64,000 nucleotides of DNA from a bacterium (GCA_963674595.2 CAXXFV010000004.1:160001-224000); one strand, 5' to 3'; shown: positions 19,478 through 30,279, counted from the stretch's first letter. Notes: generated from the sequence alone by a model not told the origin. Numbers and translations are program-made.

Positions 19478-21370
19478 ATGGGAAAAATGGTTTTCAAAAA
19501 TCGATATATCATTTATTTATATCCGGCATTTACCTGCCGGCATTTTATTCGAATTTTTCTCATAACAGTATTTATTTTTCTGTTTAACATAAAAACCACA
19601 GGTGCACAACCGCATGTTCACTCACAGGACAGTTATCTCAACCGGCAGAATTACGGATACCTGCTTAAACAGAATAATAATATAAATATCTGGTGGTGCG
19701 ACGCTACCCAAAAAATCGGTAAACACCGACCGGTTCCTTATGAAAAAAGTAAAACAATATCCTGTTCCGCAGCAAAAAACGAATTCGAACCTGTTCAGTT
19801 GGTGGTTTATCCGGAAACCGACCTTGCCGGGCTAAAAATCAGGGCCGGCCGTTTAAAACACACATCCGGGTACAAACTGCCAATGGATGCTGTAAAAATT
19901 TATCGTGTAGAGTATGTGAATATTGAAAAACCGACTGATGAAATTGGTACGGTCGATGCCTGGCCTGATCCGTTACCGCCGGTTTTGCAGCCGGTATCGA
20001 TTCATAAAAATGAAAACCAGCCTTTCTGGATATTGATTCAAATTCCTGAAAAGGCCAAACCCGGAAATTATAACAGTACCATTTACCTGGAAACAGAAAC
20101 CTGGCAGGATTCGGTCCACCTTGATCTGCATGTTTGGGATTTTCAACTGCCCCACAAAACCCATCTGCAAACAGCCTTTGGTTTTAATCCCTGGCTTGTC
20201 AGAGACTATCATAATTTCCCGGACAACCGGGATTTTGAAAAAGTTATGGATAAATATTATCAAAACTTTGCCCGGCACCGCATTTCACCCTACGATCCCT
20301 TTACCTTTGGCTATTTTAAAGAACAATTTGACACCACAGCGTTAAAAGTTCATATAGATTTTGGAAAATTTGATGCCCTGGCAAACCACTTTTTCGATGA
20401 GCTGGGTTACAACAGTTTCCGGATGCGTTTAAAAGGCCTGGGAAGCGGAACATTTCATTCCCGCCGGAAAGGTAAAATAGCCGGATTTGAGCAGGGCACA
20501 CCGCAATATCAAAAATTGATGTTTGATTATCTGGCGCAAGTTGAGCAGCATTTGGATAAAAGAGGCTGGCTGGACGAAGCCTATATTTACTGGTTTGACG
20601 AACCAACAGAAAAAGATTATGACTTTGTCAAAGAAACCATGAATATGATCCATCAGGCGGCCCCCCGTCTGACGCGTATGCTGACCGAACAACCGGAACC
20701 GGAACTGTATGGCTCTGTGGACTTGTGGTGTCCTATAACAGCCCATTATGATCACGAAATTGCCGAACAACGCCGTGCCAAAGGAGAGCGCTTCTGGTGG
20801 TACATTTGTACCGGGCCAAAAGCGCCCTATTGCACCCTGTTCATCGACCACTATGCTGTTGAACTGAGAACATGGTTATGGCAAACATGGAAATATGGTA
20901 TTGAAGGGATTCTCATCTGGCAAACCAACTATTGGACCAGTCCGACGGCTTTTCCAAAACCGCAAAAACAAAACCCGTATCAGGACCCCATGAGTTATAG
21001 AACAGGTTATGGTATGAAATCCGGTGAAATCGGTTATTGGGGAAACGGTGACGGACGTTTTATCTACCCGCCGGAGTCGGTTTTCAGTTCATCAGAAAGA
21101 TGTTTTCAGGGACCTGTCAACTCGATTCGTTTTGAAATGCTGCGTGAAGGTATTGAAGACTGGGAATATTTCTGGATATTGCGTGATCTGATACAAAAAA
21201 TCGAAAAGGAAAAACCGTCATTTCCTTATTTAAAACAGGCAAAAGAATTATTAAACGTCCCGGAAAGCGTTACGACATCATTGACGGAATTTTCTCTTTC
21301 CCCGGAACCCATTTACACACATCGTCAAAAAATAGCTGAAATGATCGAATTTTTGAACAGAGGTCTTTAA
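19478..21370 (+). CDS. DUF4091 / glycoside hydrolase family 123-like protein
   Basis: AAKNEFEPVQLV, WPDPL, YWFDEP, WWYIC, GDGRFIYP and SIRFEMLREGIED motifs; signal peptide ending TTGA|Q. Confidence 0.8.
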   Translation: MGKMVFKNRYIIYLYPAFTCRHFIRIFLITVFIFLFNIKTTGAQPHVHSQDSYLNRQNYGYLLKQNNNINIWWCDATQKIGKHRPVPYEKSKTISCSAAKNEFEPVQLVVYPETDLAGLKIRAGRLKHTSGYKLPMDAVKIYRVEYVNIEKPTDEIGTVDAWPDPLPPVLQPVSIHKNENQPFWILIQIPEKAKPGNYNSTIYLETETWQDSVHLDLHVWDFQLPHKTHLQTAFGFNPWLVRDYHNFPDNRDFEKVMDKYYQNFARHRISPYDPFTFGYFKEQFDTTALKVHIDFGKFDALANHFFDELGYNSFRMRLKGLGSGTFHSRRKGKIAGFEQGTPQYQKLMFDYLAQVEQHLDKRGWLDEAYIYWFDEPTEKDYDFVKETMNMIHQAAPRLTRMLTEQPEPELYGSVDLWCPITAHYDHEIAEQRRAKGERFWWYICTGPKAPYCTLFIDHYAVELRTWLWQTWKYGIEGILIWQTNYWTSPTAFPKPQKQNPYQDPMSYRTGYGMKSGEIGYWGNGDGRFIYPPESVFSSSERCFQGPVNSIRFEMLREGIEDWEYFWILRDLIQKIEKEKPSFPYLKQAKELLNVPESVTTSLTEFSLSPEPIYTHRQKIAEMIEFLNRGL

Positions 21371-21374
21371 TTAT

Positions 21375-22318
21375 ATGCAAAATATTATTTTTACATCCAG
21401 CATTGTTATGCCGGTATTTTTACTCGTCTTTTTAGGCGTGTTTTTAAAAAAGAAGAATTTAATCAACGAAGCATTTATGCAGGTTTCATCAAAGGTTGTG
21501 TTTCGGGTGGCGCTTCCTTCTTTGGTATTTCAAAAAATTTCATCAACAGATTACAGCAAAGTACTAAATCCGAAACAAATAGTTTTTGCGGTTGTTTATA
21601 TTATACTTTTTTGTCTGTTTGCAGGTATTGTTACATATTTTTTCACGAAAAACGGAAAAACCCAGGGAGCTGTTATCCAGGCAAGTTTTCGGACCAATTT
21701 TTCCATTATAGGCTTTGCATTGATTTTTAATGCCTTTGGAGAAATGGCCCTGGCAAACGCCGCTATCTTACTTGCGTTTATTATGCCCCTGCTTAATATT
21801 TTGTCCGTATTTGCCTTGACAATCCCGTTGCATCGGGAAGGAAACGTTAACATAAAGAAAATTTTTAAAGATATTATTACAAATCCATTAATTATTGCAG
21901 CAATGGCAGCCGTACCATTTTCTTTTTTTCATATTCAGATACACCCTATTTTCAGTCGCACAATCGGTTACCTGGCAGGACTTACATTACCGTTAGCCCT
22001 TTTGTCAATCGGCGGTTCATTGAGCTTTCATAGTGTAAAAAAAGAGTTTTCAGCCGCTGCACTGGCAACTTTTTTTAAAATTGTGCTTATGCCGGCAATA
22101 GGAATGTTCCTGGCTGTTTATCTCGGGTTTCGGGAATGGAACTGGGTGTTCTTTTCTTTTTGTTTGCCGGTCCGACAGCCATAGCCAGCTACATTATGGC
22201 CGACGCCATGGGCAGCAACGGAGAGCTGGCCGGAAATATTATTCTCACAACAACACTTGGATCAATTGTTACGTTATCTTTAGGTTTGCTGTTACTAAAA
22301 ACACTGTCTCTCATCTAA
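21375..22318 (+). CDS. AEC (auxin efflux carrier) family transporter, with a one-base frameshift at the G-run 22132-22134
   Basis: VFRVALPSL, FRTN, NPLIIA and LPLALLSIGGSL motifs. The C-terminal part (MELGVL...PTAIASYIMA..MG) is in another frame; one extra G restores GFRGMELG. Confidence 0.85.
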
Positions 22319-22337
22319 TTAAAAGGAGATCACCGGT

Positions 22338-23698
22338 ATGCTTACAGTATCTCGAACAAAAAAACACTATATCATAGTTACGGTTTTTGTTTCCATTCTG
22401 GTTCTTGCTTCCTGTACAACTCCAAAAGTTACACCTGAAACGGCGTTACAAAGCTATTTGCAAACACCGGAACCGGATTACAACTGGAAAATAATCAAAT
22501 CAGATACGCTGGACGAAACAACAGTTAATTACCTGCTCCTGACATCACAAAGGTGGAGAGATACATTATGGACACATCAATTGGCCATTATTATCCCCAA
22601 ACACCTTAAAACCACCGATGCATCTCTGTTATTTATAACCGGCGGCAAAAATGACAACGGCAAGCCCAGATGGCGAAAAAATGAAGACAAGACAATTAAA
22701 AGAATGCAAAAAATTGCCGACGCCAATAAAGCCCCGGTTGCTGTTATATGCCAGGTTCCCAATCAACCTTTGTACGGCGGTAAAACCGAAGACGAATTGA
22801 TTTCCTACACATTGCACAAGTACAAAGAAACAAAAGATTTTACCTGGCCGCTGTTGTTCCGATGACAAAAAGCGCCGTCAAGGCCATGGACGCTGTTCAG
22901 GAATATTTTCAAAACGAACACGGACTTTTAATAGAAAGTTTTGTTGTATCCGGCGCTTCCAAACGCGGCTGGACAACCTGGCTCACCGGCGCCAGTGATC
23001 CCAGGGTCATTGGTATTGCGCCCATGGTAATTGATGTTTTGAACATGAGCGCTCAAATGGATTACCAGGTAAAAACCTGGGGTGATTACAGTCCGGAAAT
23101 TCAGGACTATGTAAATCTGGGAATTACGGATGAATTACAAACGGAAAACGGTAAAGAATTGACTGCCATGATCGATCCCTATTCCTATCGTGATAAAATA
23201 ACCATGCCGAAACTTTTATTCATCGGCACCAATGATCCCTACTGGCCGGTTGATGCCGTAAAAAATTACTTTAATGACCTGGTCGGATCAAAATATATAC
23301 ACTATGTTGCCAACGTTGAACATGGTCTTGGTGACGGTGTTCAGGCAACTCAGGCCCTCAGCTCCTTCTATGCCGCCTGTATCGCCAGCCAGCATCCAAA
23401 CCTGACATGGGAAACGACAACATCCAATCCAAGTGTATCTGTAAAAATAAATACGGATACACCCTATAATGCCGTAAAACTGTGGACATGTACCTCGCCG
23501 GACAGGGACTTTCGAAACGATACATGGACATCAAAAATCATAGACACAAAAGGGAATAATCAATTTACGGTTGATGTTGAATTGCCACAAAACGGTTTTT
23601 TAGCGTTTTATATTGACATTGTTTATAACAGCCTGGTGGGAGGAGAATACTCTAAAAGCACCAGAATGTTTGTAGCAGACAGTAAGGACATATTATAA
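22338..23698 (+). CDS. PhoPQ-activated pathogenicity-related (PqaA-family) alpha/beta hydrolase lipoprotein, with a one-base frameshift at 22859-22860
   Basis: LASC lipobox; LTSQ.W, VPNQPL, ED.LI.YT, GASKRGWTTW and IDPY.Y motifs. One extra C gives the continuous WPLLFPMTKSAVKAMDAVQE. Confidence 0.85.
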
Positions 23699-23714
23699 TC
23701 ACAAGGGTAAAAAT

Positions 23715-24191
23715 ATGAAAGTAGCACTCATGTCCGACAGCCATGACAATCTGGATGCATTACAGCGCGCTGTGGACTATTGTAACAACCAAAAAGTTGA
23801 TGCCGTACTTCATGCCGGAGACCTGGTGGCGCCTTTTGTCAAGCGGGTTTTAAAAAATTTAAATGCGCCGTTAACAATTGTTTTCGGCAATAATGACGGT
23901 GAGCGCAATGGACTGCGGCAGGTTTTTAGGGACATTATTTTTGAACCGCCTCACGAACTAACCATTGACGACCGTAAAGTACTGATGCTTCATGATCCGA
24001 TTTTATTGAATGTTTTAAAAGAAACCGACATGTATGACCTGGTATTATACGGACATTTGCATGAAATTGAAATCAGCAAAAATAAAAATTTGATTGTTAA
24101 TCCCGGCGAAATAGGCGGCTGGTTGACAGGAAAATCCACAATAGCTGTTTGGGACACAAAATTAAACGACGCCCAAATTGTAACTATTTAA
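23715..24191 (+). CDS. Metallophosphoesterase (YfcE/MJ0936 family)
   Basis: SDSHDN, HAGDL, GNND, YGHLH and NPGE motifs. Confidence 0.92.
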   Translation: MKVALMSDSHDNLDALQRAVDYCNNQKVDAVLHAGDLVAPFVKRVLKNLNAPLTIVFGNNDGERNGLRQVFRDIIFEPPHELTIDDRKVLMLHDPILLNVLKETDMYDLVLYGHLHEIEISKNKNLIVNPGEIGGWLTGKSTIAVWDTKLNDAQIVTI

Positions 24192-24211
24192 TCAATCTCA
24201 GGAATACAGAA

Positions 24212-25345
24212 TTGACACGACGCGAACGACTTTTGAACACGATACAGGGAAAACCGGTTGACAGACCGGCTGTTTCCTTTTATGAGATTAACGGATTTGA
24301 TGAGAATCCGACAAATGATGACCCCTTTAATATTTTCAACCATCCATCCTGGCAGCCGCTTATTCAACTTGCCGCCGAAAAAACCGACCGTATTGTTATG
24401 CGCGGCATCGCTTTTGACGACCGGCTGCCGGACCCGGTTGACGAAATTGCTGAAATAGAAACTTTAAATAAAAATGACAGTCTTTACAGCATTAAAAAAG
24501 TGAAAACATCCAAAGGTGTTTTAACAACACGAACAAGAAGAGACAAGGATGTTAAAACAACCTGGACAGAAGAACATTTGTTAAAAAACACCCAGGACCT
24601 GCAGGAATTTTTAACAGTGCCGCAAACTGCTGAATTTAACCTGCCGGATTTTGATGTCATATTAGAGGAAGAAAAACAACTCGGTGATACCGGCATAATC
24701 ATGCTGGATACCCCGGACCCGCTCTGTCTGGCAGCACTTTTGTTCGATATGAGCGAGTTTACCATCATTGCAATGACGGAACAAAAACTGTTTCATCAAC
24801 TTTTGGAACGTTTTCACGAACAACTTTTACCGAGGATCGAAGCAGCGGCAAAGGCGGTACCCGGGCGGCTTTGGCGGATCTATGGTCCCGAATTCGCATC
24901 AACACCTTATCTGCCGCCGAAATTATTTAATGAATATGTGGTCAAATATGATAAACCCATCGTTGATATTATTCATAAATACGGCGGTTATGCCAGAATT
25001 CACTCTCACGGAAATTTAAAAGCCATTCTGGATGATATTGTTGCAACCGGTTGTATGGGGCTCGACCCAATTGAGCCGGCGCCGCAAGGTGATGTGGAAC
25101 TAAAATATGTCCGGGAAAATTATGGCAAAGAACTGGTCCTGTTCGGCAACCTGGAAGCCAGTGACATTGAAAACCTGCCGACCCCGGAATTTGCCGAAAA
25201 AGTGAAACGCGCTCTGGACGAAGGAACAAGCGGCGAGGGCCGCGGTTTTGTTCTTATGCCTTCGGCATGCCCCTATGGACGAATTTTGACAAAACTGGCT
25301 ATGAACAATTATGAAAAAATGATTGAACTGGTTGATAAATTTTAA
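24212..25345 (+). CDS. Uroporphyrinogen decarboxylase (URO-D/MtaA-CmuA) fold protein
   Basis: TRRERLL..I.GKPVDRP.V start, P..F.EYV..Y, RIHSHG, G.DPIEP, YG..L.L.GN and GFVL.PS motifs. Likely TTG start at 24212 after AGGA; the ORF is open from 24149. Confidence 0.8.
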   Translation: MTRRERLLNTIQGKPVDRPAVSFYEINGFDENPTNDDPFNIFNHPSWQPLIQLAAEKTDRIVMRGIAFDDRLPDPVDEIAEIETLNKNDSLYSIKKVKTSKGVLTTRTRRDKDVKTTWTEEHLLKNTQDLQEFLTVPQTAEFNLPDFDVILEEEKQLGDTGIIMLDTPDPLCLAALLFDMSEFTIIAMTEQKLFHQLLERFHEQLLPRIEAAAKAVPGRLWRIYGPEFASTPYLPPKLFNEYVVKYDKPIVDIIHKYGGYARIHSHGNLKAILDDIVATGCMGLDPIEPAPQGDVELKYVRENYGKELVLFGNLEASDIENLPTPEFAEKVKRALDEGTSGEGRGFVLMPSACPYGRILTKLAMNNYEKMIELVDKF

Positions 25346-25376
25346 CTAGACTGCAATTTTTATAAAGGAAGAAAAA

Positions 25377-25808
25377 ATGTTAAAAGGTATTTCCCCGGTT
25401 TTTAGCCCGGAATTACTGGCCACAATTTATCGTATGGGCCATGGAGATGAAATTGTTTTGGCGGATGCCCACTTTCCGGGAGAAAGTGTCAACCCAAATG
25501 TCATCCGCGCAGATGGCATTCAAATTACGGACCTGCTGTCCGCCATTCTTCCGCTCTTTGCTGTTGATACCTATGTTGACGATCCCGTAGTGATGATGGA
25601 ACCTGTCCCGGGTGACCAGGCCGATCCGGCTGTTCATGCTGCCTATCGTGGTATCATTGACCAATATGCACCGGAAACACCGGAAACCGCTTTTATCGAA
25701 CGATTTGCCTTTTATGAACGCGCCGAAAAAGCATTTGTTGTGGTCCTTTCCGGCAGCGTAACAAAGTATGGAAATATTATTTTAAAAAAAGGCGTTACAC
25801 CTCTCTAG
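25377..25808 (+). CDS. fucU: L-fucose mutarotase (FucU/RbsD family)
   Basis: MLKGISP..SPELL..MGHGDEIVLADAHFP, ERFAFYERA and YGNIILKKGV motifs. Confidence 0.9.
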   Translation: MLKGISPVFSPELLATIYRMGHGDEIVLADAHFPGESVNPNVIRADGIQITDLLSAILPLFAVDTYVDDPVVMMEPVPGDQADPAVHAAYRGIIDQYAPETPETAFIERFAFYERAEKAFVVVLSGSVTKYGNIILKKGVTPL

Positions 25809-25904
25809 TTCGATATGAGGTCAAATTTTGTGATATTGTTTCGTTTTGTGATCGGTGACGGAATAATTTTGATCCGGAACAAGGCAAAAAATATCTGTTT
25901 AACC

Positions 25905-25930
25905 GGAAACAAAATTAAATATTTAACGTA
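25905..25930 (+). promoter_or_regulatory. Putative ECF sigma-factor promoter
   Basis: GGAAAC-N16-CGTA, 73 nt upstream of the S8 peptidase start. Confidence 0.5.
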
Positions 25931-26003
25931 CCTATATACGAAATAACATCATAAATATTATAACCTTGAACAAACAGTTCATTCAGAACTCATAGGAGGT
26001 TCC

Positions 26004-27866
26004 ATGAAGAAAATGTCAAGAATCATTACTCAACTCACTGTTATCGTTTTTATGTTAACATCGGTAGCATTGGCACAAAAGCAAAAAATCCAAAAGCTGG
26101 ATGACCTGCCCAGACATACCTATACGATTTCCGAAAAACTAGCAGATATTGTTTTAACAGATGAAAAATTTCAATCCTTTGGTGAACAGGTCAAAACGGA
26201 CATTGAAAACATTTTAAACTCCTATGAAATTGAAGACAAAACCACGTTAAAATCACTATACAGGACTCTCTTGCGTTTTGACATTTTAACAGGTGATTAT
26301 GATAAAGCTAAAGAAAAAATCGAACTGATAAAAACACTGGAAGAAAAACCGGCGGACAAATTACTCAGCAGTACATTAACATCCGCCCTGTTACAAGCCA
26401 TGCAGGAAACATCGGATGCCGACGAAATGCGATCCAAATTCGAAACATATTACAAAAACATCCTTAAAGATATGCCCTGGGACGTTGTTCAGGATGATGT
26501 TGAAGGTCAAAAAGGACAATTGGAAATTATCAGCCAAAATCTTATTCTAGGCCTCATTCAAAGTCAAATCGAACCGGCATTTGAAAAAACCGGCAACATC
26601 AGCCGTGATATTGCCCAACAGCTTGTAAGCTTTCATTATTGGATTAAAGTGTTGCTACCAGTTAAAGAAAATGCAATTGCCGTACTGCAGGATTATATTG
26701 ACACACATAAAGTAGAAAAACCGGATATTTGGAGCGATAGAAACGTGGAACTTGATCCGGCAGCAGGATTAAATCCCGTAATCGTTGGCATTTGGGACAG
26801 CGGTGTTGATACGGATATTTATAAAGGCCAGCTATTTGTTAATACCAAAGAAAAAATTGACAATGTTGATAATGATAACAATGGTTTTATTGATGACGTC
26901 AACGGTATAGCCTATAATATCGATATTGATCCGACAACGGAACTCTTGTACCCGTTACCCCCGGAAGCAAAAAACAAAATATCAGAAATGAAAGACCAGA
27001 TCAAGGGTTTGCAGGATTTACAGGCGGCCATCGACAGTCCCGAAGCCATTGCCCTGAAAAAGAAACTATCCGAATTGAAACCGGAAGAGGTCAAACCTTT
27101 TATTGAAGAACTGGGATTATTTGCGATTTACAGTCACGGAACACACGTTGCCGGTATTTCTGTTGAAGGGAATCCCTATGCGAAAATCCTGGTATCGCGT
27201 ATTACCTTTGATCACAGAATGATACCCATTCCACCGACAGTTGAACGAGCCAAAAAAGATGTCGTATCATTCCAAAAAAGTGTGGACTATTTTAAAGAAC
27301 ATAACGTTCGGGTGGTTAATATGAGCTGGGGTGGTTCATTAAAAGAAGTGGAAGGCCAGCTTGAGGCCAACGGCATTGGAAAAGATGCGGAAGAACGCGG
27401 CAAAATGGCCCGGGAAATTTTCGACATTGAAAAAGACGGACTTTATAATGCCTTAAAAAGCGCCCCGGAAGTTCTGTTTGTCATTGCCGCAGGCAACTCA
27501 GATAATGATGTAGCGTTCGACGAAGTCATCCCATCCTTTTTTGATTTGCCCAATATTTTAACCGTTGGCGCTGTTGACCAGGCAGGAGAAGAAACCTCCT
27601 TTACGAGTTTCGGCGAAAGTGTGGATGTCCATGCCAACGGATTTGAAGTAAACAGTTATGTGCCCGGCGGAGAAAAAATGAAAATGTCCGGCACTTCTAT
27701 GGCGGCCCCCAATGTAACCAATCTGGCGGCCAAAGTTTTGGCCTGTAATCCGGACCTGACCCCGGCACAAGTTTCAAAAATCATTATAGAAAATGCTGAT
27801 AAATCCGAGGATGGACGGCGGATTTTAATCAATCCGAAAAACACGATTAATAAAGTCAAAAAATAG
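26004..27866 (+). CDS. S8 (subtilisin-like) serine peptidase, secreted
   Basis: Catalytic motifs WDSGVD, HGTHVAG, AAGNS and SGTSMAAP; signal peptide VALA|Q; GGAGG RBS. Confidence 0.92.
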   Translation: MKKMSRIITQLTVIVFMLTSVALAQKQKIQKLDDLPRHTYTISEKLADIVLTDEKFQSFGEQVKTDIENILNSYEIEDKTTLKSLYRTLLRFDILTGDYDKAKEKIELIKTLEEKPADKLLSSTLTSALLQAMQETSDADEMRSKFETYYKNILKDMPWDVVQDDVEGQKGQLEIISQNLILGLIQSQIEPAFEKTGNISRDIAQQLVSFHYWIKVLLPVKENAIAVLQDYIDTHKVEKPDIWSDRNVELDPAAGLNPVIVGIWDSGVDTDIYKGQLFVNTKEKIDNVDNDNNGFIDDVNGIAYNIDIDPTTELLYPLPPEAKNKISEMKDQIKGLQDLQAAIDSPEAIALKKKLSELKPEEVKPFIEELGLFAIYSHGTHVAGISVEGNPYAKILVSRITFDHRMIPIPPTVERAKKDVVSFQKSVDYFKEHNVRVVNMSWGGSLKEVEGQLEANGIGKDAEERGKMAREIFDIEKDGLYNALKSAPEVLFVIAAGNSDNDVAFDEVIPSFFDLPNILTVGAVDQAGEETSFTSFGESVDVHANGFEVNSYVPGGEKMKMSGTSMAAPNVTNLAAKVLACNPDLTPAQVSKIIIENADKSEDGRRILINPKNTINKVKK

Positions 27867-27876
27867 GAAATTTCAC

Positions 27877-27908
27877 AGGAGAGTGGATTTTTTTCACTCT
27901 CCTTTTTT
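27877..27908 (+). terminator. Intrinsic terminator
   Basis: AGGAGAGTG...CACTCTCCT stem followed by a T-run. Confidence 0.8.
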
Positions 27909-27972
27909 ACTCAAGCACCTCTCAACCAGTTAATCCGGCTATTCCATTGAAACAACTCAAACATTTAAACAC

Positions 27973-28001
27973 TTGAAAATCTTTATAAAAATTATTACTA
28001 T
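27973..28001 (+). promoter_or_regulatory. Putative sigma70 promoter for the GH43 gene
   Basis: TTGAAA-17-TACTAT. Confidence 0.5.
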
Positions 28002-28012
28002 AATTTTTACTT

Positions 28013-28978
28013 TTGGAGATTTCTGTGAAACCTATATTTACCTATAAAAATCCTGTTTATTGCAAAAACATTGATGCCATACGTGACTGCCAGATCCTAA
28101 AACATAAAGATATATATTATCTCACCGGGACCTGCCCCCCATTTTGGCCGGGCCAGGGTGAAAATCCCGGCATAAAGCTTTATTCCTCCTCTGATCTTGT
28201 AAACTGGGAATTTGAAAATTACCTTCTCACCCGCGACCAATTTGATGTTGATAACTGGAGCCGCGACCGGTTCTGGGCACCGGAGATTCATTACATTAAT
28301 AATAAATTTTACTTGATTTATACCTGCTGGAATGAAAAAAACCGGTTTCCGCGGTCATGTGGAATGGCGGTATCAGATTCAATTACCGGTCCATTTAAAA
28401 TTTTATCAACCGATAAACCTCTTGTAGAACGGGGATGGGACTTGACTCTTTTTACAGACGACAAGGATGTTTTCTGTTACTGGACGGACGGATTTCATAT
28501 ATACGGTCAAAAAATTGATCTTGAAAATTACCAACTCATTAAAAGTCCTTTTGTTTGCATTCGTAATGAGAATGCAAAATGGGACAGTATCGGAATAGAA
28601 GGGCCCTGGCTCATTAAAAGAGACGGATTGTATTACATGTTTTACTCGTCCTGGACACGTGGATACGAAATTGGATACGCTACGGCAAACTCACCCAAAG
28701 GCCTCTGGACAAAAGCAGCCAACAATCCGTTTTTTGGCGCACAAAACAAAGATGTATGCAAAATGAATCGTCTGCCGTTTTCCGGTAATCCGAAAAGTCC
28801 GTTTATCGGTATCGGTCACAATGCCGTATTTACCGGGCCCGATAATCGAGACTGGATCGTATGTCATTACCAGGAAAAAGACAAACCGGAATCTTTGGGA
28901 TTTGATCCCATTACAATTTCAAATGGAATGATAATAAGCGACGGTCCCACCTGGACAGAACAACGTATTCAAATTTAA
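28013..28978 (+). CDS. Glycoside hydrolase family 43 protein
   Basis: IRD, S.DL.NW, FWAPE, GPF, IEGPW, YYMFYS and GHN motifs of the five-bladed propeller. The real start is probably GTG at 28025 after GGAG. Confidence 0.88.
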   Translation: MEISVKPIFTYKNPVYCKNIDAIRDCQILKHKDIYYLTGTCPPFWPGQGENPGIKLYSSSDLVNWEFENYLLTRDQFDVDNWSRDRFWAPEIHYINNKFYLIYTCWNEKNRFPRSCGMAVSDSITGPFKILSTDKPLVERGWDLTLFTDDKDVFCYWTDGFHIYGQKIDLENYQLIKSPFVCIRNENAKWDSIGIEGPWLIKRDGLYYMFYSSWTRGYEIGYATANSPKGLWTKAANNPFFGAQNKDVCKMNRLPFSGNPKSPFIGIGHNAVFTGPDNRDWIVCHYQEKDKPESLGFDPITISNGMIISDGPTWTEQRIQI

Positions 28979-29015
28979 CTATTATAAAATAAAACCTTAA
29001 ATTCGGAGAAAACCG

Positions 29016-30200
29016 ATGAGAAAAACTACTCTTCTCCTTCTGTTACCCCTTCTTTTGTGTTTTTGCTCAAAGAAAAACATACAAACGCCTCAAACCATTA
29101 TCAAACACATAACGGTTTACGGGAATGATAACGACTATTGTGCCTGGCCATCTATTGCCAAAACAGAAAACGGTGACATTCTGGTCGGTTTTTGCAAAAC
29201 CGAAGAGCATTTGGGGCCGGACGGGGCCATTGTTTACATGCGCTCAAAGGACAACGGTGAAACCTGGCAGGGCCCTGAGGTCCTTTTTAACAGTATTATT
29301 GATGACAGGGAAATTGGATTTACCGTTTCAAAAAACCATGCCCTGATTGCCCATATATGGTCCACCCATTTTACACCGGAATATTACGACAAGCTTTCAG
29401 AGAATTCTTATCAATCGCAGATAATAGAGCGCTGGAAAAAGCATGTTCAAACATCAGCCTATAAAAACGCCCAAAACCTGCAGGGTAGAACCATGGCCGT
29501 ATCAACAGATAATGGTATGACCTGGAAAGCAGGAGAACAAAAAGGAGCGGACTCTATTCATGGAGGGATTGAGTTACAAAACGGTACATTTCTGGTTGCC
29601 TCCTATCGTCAGGAAAAAGGCAAAATTGCCCTTTACAGTGCAAAAGATTATAATGCAGATTGGGAAAAAATTGCCGAGGTTGTCTGCCCGTCATCAGATA
29701 CACTGTCATTCGGTGAGCCGCATGTTTTGCAGCTTTCCACCGGACGAATTATTATGATGATTCGAACAACTGAAAAGCAGCCTTATAACGATCAGGGCGC
29801 AGATAATTTTTTATGGGAAACCTATTCAGATGATAACGGTAAAACCTGGATTGATGTATATAAAACATCGATATGGGGCTTTCCGCCTCACTTGCTTCAG
29901 TTAAGTGACGGCAGGGTATTATGTACCTATGGATACCGACGCGCACCATTCGGGCAGCGAGCATGTATAAGTAATGACGGCATTACCTGGAATGTTAAAA
30001 ATGAAATCATTCTCCGTGATGATGCTTATAATGGGGACCTAGGTTATCCGGCCTCTTTGGAAGTGGAGCCAGGTAAAATTCTAACGATCTATTACCAACC
30101 CAGACAGGAAGAAAAAGCCCCTGAAATGCACCCGCCCGATCCAAATCGCGCCAAACCGGATATTCTGGGAACGTTTTGGAACGTACCTGAAAAAATATAA
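29016..30200 (+). CDS. Sialidase-like BNR/Asp-box repeat protein (probable lipoprotein)
   Basis: Asp-boxes SKDNGETW, STDNGMTW, SDDNGKTW and SNDGITW; AWPS, EP and DLGYP motifs. Confidence 0.85.
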   Translation: MRKTTLLLLLPLLLCFCSKKNIQTPQTIIKHITVYGNDNDYCAWPSIAKTENGDILVGFCKTEEHLGPDGAIVYMRSKDNGETWQGPEVLFNSIIDDREIGFTVSKNHALIAHIWSTHFTPEYYDKLSENSYQSQIIERWKKHVQTSAYKNAQNLQGRTMAVSTDNGMTWKAGEQKGADSIHGGIELQNGTFLVASYRQEKGKIALYSAKDYNADWEKIAEVVCPSSDTLSFGEPHVLQLSTGRIIMMIRTTEKQPYNDQGADNFLWETYSDDNGKTWIDVYKTSIWGFPPHLLQLSDGRVLCTYGYRRAPFGQRACISNDGITWNVKNEIILRDDAYNGDLGYPASLEVEPGKILTIYYQPRQEEKAPEMHPPDPNRAKPDILGTFWNVPEKI

Positions 30201-30204
30201 AGAG

Positions 30205-30237
30205 AAAAGGCGATCAGATAAAATGATCGCCTTTTTT
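30205..30237. terminator. Bidirectional intrinsic terminator
   Basis: AAAAGGCGATCA-gataaaa-TGATCGCCTTTT between convergent genes. Confidence 0.85.
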
Positions 30238-30279
30238 AATAACAAATTTATCTTATAACCGGAAATTCAAAGTTATAAA

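Noticed and set aside
22862-23698. Two translationally coupled genes (ATGA overlap) instead of one PqaA
   Set aside because: The junction splits the conserved WPLLFPM.KSA motif, and one added C fuses the halves.
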